Below are positions 63,486-64,000 of a DNA stretch of 64,000 nucleotides, piece by piece; position 1 is the stretch's first letter; the number at the start of each line of letters is the position of its first letter. Below the pieces are notes generated by a model. The model searched no databases, was not told where the DNA came from, and saw only the letters and a program-made list of their open reading frames with translations. The position numbers were made by a program, and so were the translations under genes. Source of the stretch: an uncultured Candidatus Saccharibacteria bacterium (GTDB taxonomy: Bacteria > Patescibacteriota > Minisyncoccia > Phycocordibacterales > Zambryskibacteraceae); assembly GCA_964504255.1 (NCBI GenBank), contig CAZDDU010000002.1, positions 60,385 to 124,384 on the forward strand, read 5' to 3'.

Positions 63486-64000
63486 TTATATCCTAAATCC
63501 TTTGTTTCTGAGCTTCCTGTGGTAACCAATGGCAAATCTGTGTGCCTCGGCATTAGCTAAGAGTATAGACTTTTGCCATTTATTTACTATTTGCTTATTA
63601 CCTACTACTTCTCTGGCCTTATGTTTGTCATCCTTAACAACTGCCACTATTTCGACATTAGTATTCTTAAGAATTTCTTTTGCTGCATTTGCTTGACCCA
63701 CTCCGCCATCTATTACCACAATGTCTGGCATCTGCCACTCAGGATGATTGAGTCTTCTTGAGAGAACTTCTTTGAGATTGTTTACATCATCATTTTTATC
63801 TACCTTGATTTTGAATTTACGATACTGACTCTTGGAGACTTCGCCATCCTCCACAACCACCATTACACCAACTGTATTCGAGCCCGACAAATGAGCAATG
63901 TCATAAGCCTCTATGCGGTAAGCGCTTGTGGATTCTCCTCTTTCAATATCTCGCTTGATTAGGGCCATATCGTGGATATGCTCAAGAGCGAAAAGTGTTT
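63486..64000 (-). CDS. uvrC: UvrC-like excinuclease. This is the C-terminal part only; the ORF continues beyond the window end.
   Basis: IEAYDIAHLSG...VGVMVV...YRKF..K..DDV...EVLSRRL...PD..VIDGG.GQ matches the UvrC RNase H-like endonuclease region. No stop codon is reached before position 64000. Confidence 0.65.
   Translation of the reverse strand, partial: TLFALEHIHDMALIKRDIERGESTSAYRIEAYDIAHLSGSNTVGVMVVVEDGEVSKSQYRKFKIKVDKNDDVNNLKEVLSRRLNHPEWQMPDIVVIDGGVGQANAAKEILKNTNVEIVAVVKDDKHKAREVVGNKQIVNKWQKSILLANAEAHRFAIGYHRKLRNKGFRI

Noticed and set aside
1-64000. Alternative genetic code (code 25, UGA = Gly), as seen in some CPR lineages.
   Set aside because: TGA functions as a stop in many well-supported genes (the YefM-like gene, the 63-aa coupled ORF, the small peptide) and proteins end at conserved C-termini.
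1-64000. CRISPR array, transposases or IS elements.
   Set aside because: I saw no regularly spaced direct repeats and no transposase/integrase-like ORF. The Cas4-like nuclease stands alone.

Overview
This is a gene-dense, mostly housekeeping window (about 45% GC) whose gene content resembles a compact CPR/Patescibacteria-like bacterial genome. I judged it to use the standard genetic code, because TGA is used as a stop in several well-supported genes. Promoters follow a sigma70 pattern, recurrently TTGACA-17-TAGTAT, and many rho-independent terminators are visible.

Housekeeping content I can support:
- recR and dnaB
- cysS, a C-terminal (S41) protease, rplI and rpmA
- a MacAB-like ABC efflux triad (FtsX permease, ATPase, HlyD adaptor)
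- gltX, then mraY-ftsW-murG in dcw order, a PBP5-like carboxypeptidase and scpAB
- Asp/Asn-tRNA ligase, trpS, an orphan histidine kinase, an M16 peptidase and PepF
- a grpE-dnaK-dnaJ operon
- the ribosomal string rpsI-rplM / rplQ-rpoA-rpsD-rpsK-rpsM-rpmJ-infA
- alaS, a family-4 UDG, mnmA, mltG, leuS, ychF, ddl, a partial uvrC, and one tRNA-Ala(UGC)

Accessory and unusual content:
- (a) a translationally coupled operon, 2297-5663, ending in a 901-aa soluble protein with a VirD4/TraG/HerA-like P-loop ATPase C-terminal half and an unrecognisable 450-aa N-terminal half, followed by a 67-aa membrane protein.
- (b) an SOS-type cassette: a LexA-like repressor with a Cheo-type box (GAACAATCGTTC) and a Y-family polymerase. 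It sits next to three tandem paralogous small Cys/His proteins (P1-P3) that share duplicated terminators, a truncated Phd/YefM-like gene, and a string of mini membrane proteins.
- (c) an operon that couples mnmA to an ATP-cone/Mrr-like endonuclease, MgtC, a Cas4-like Fe-S nuclease and UDG.
- (d) several small unannotated Cys-rich peptides, a SET-domain protein and leaderless transcripts.

I found no CRISPR array, no transposase and no rRNA.
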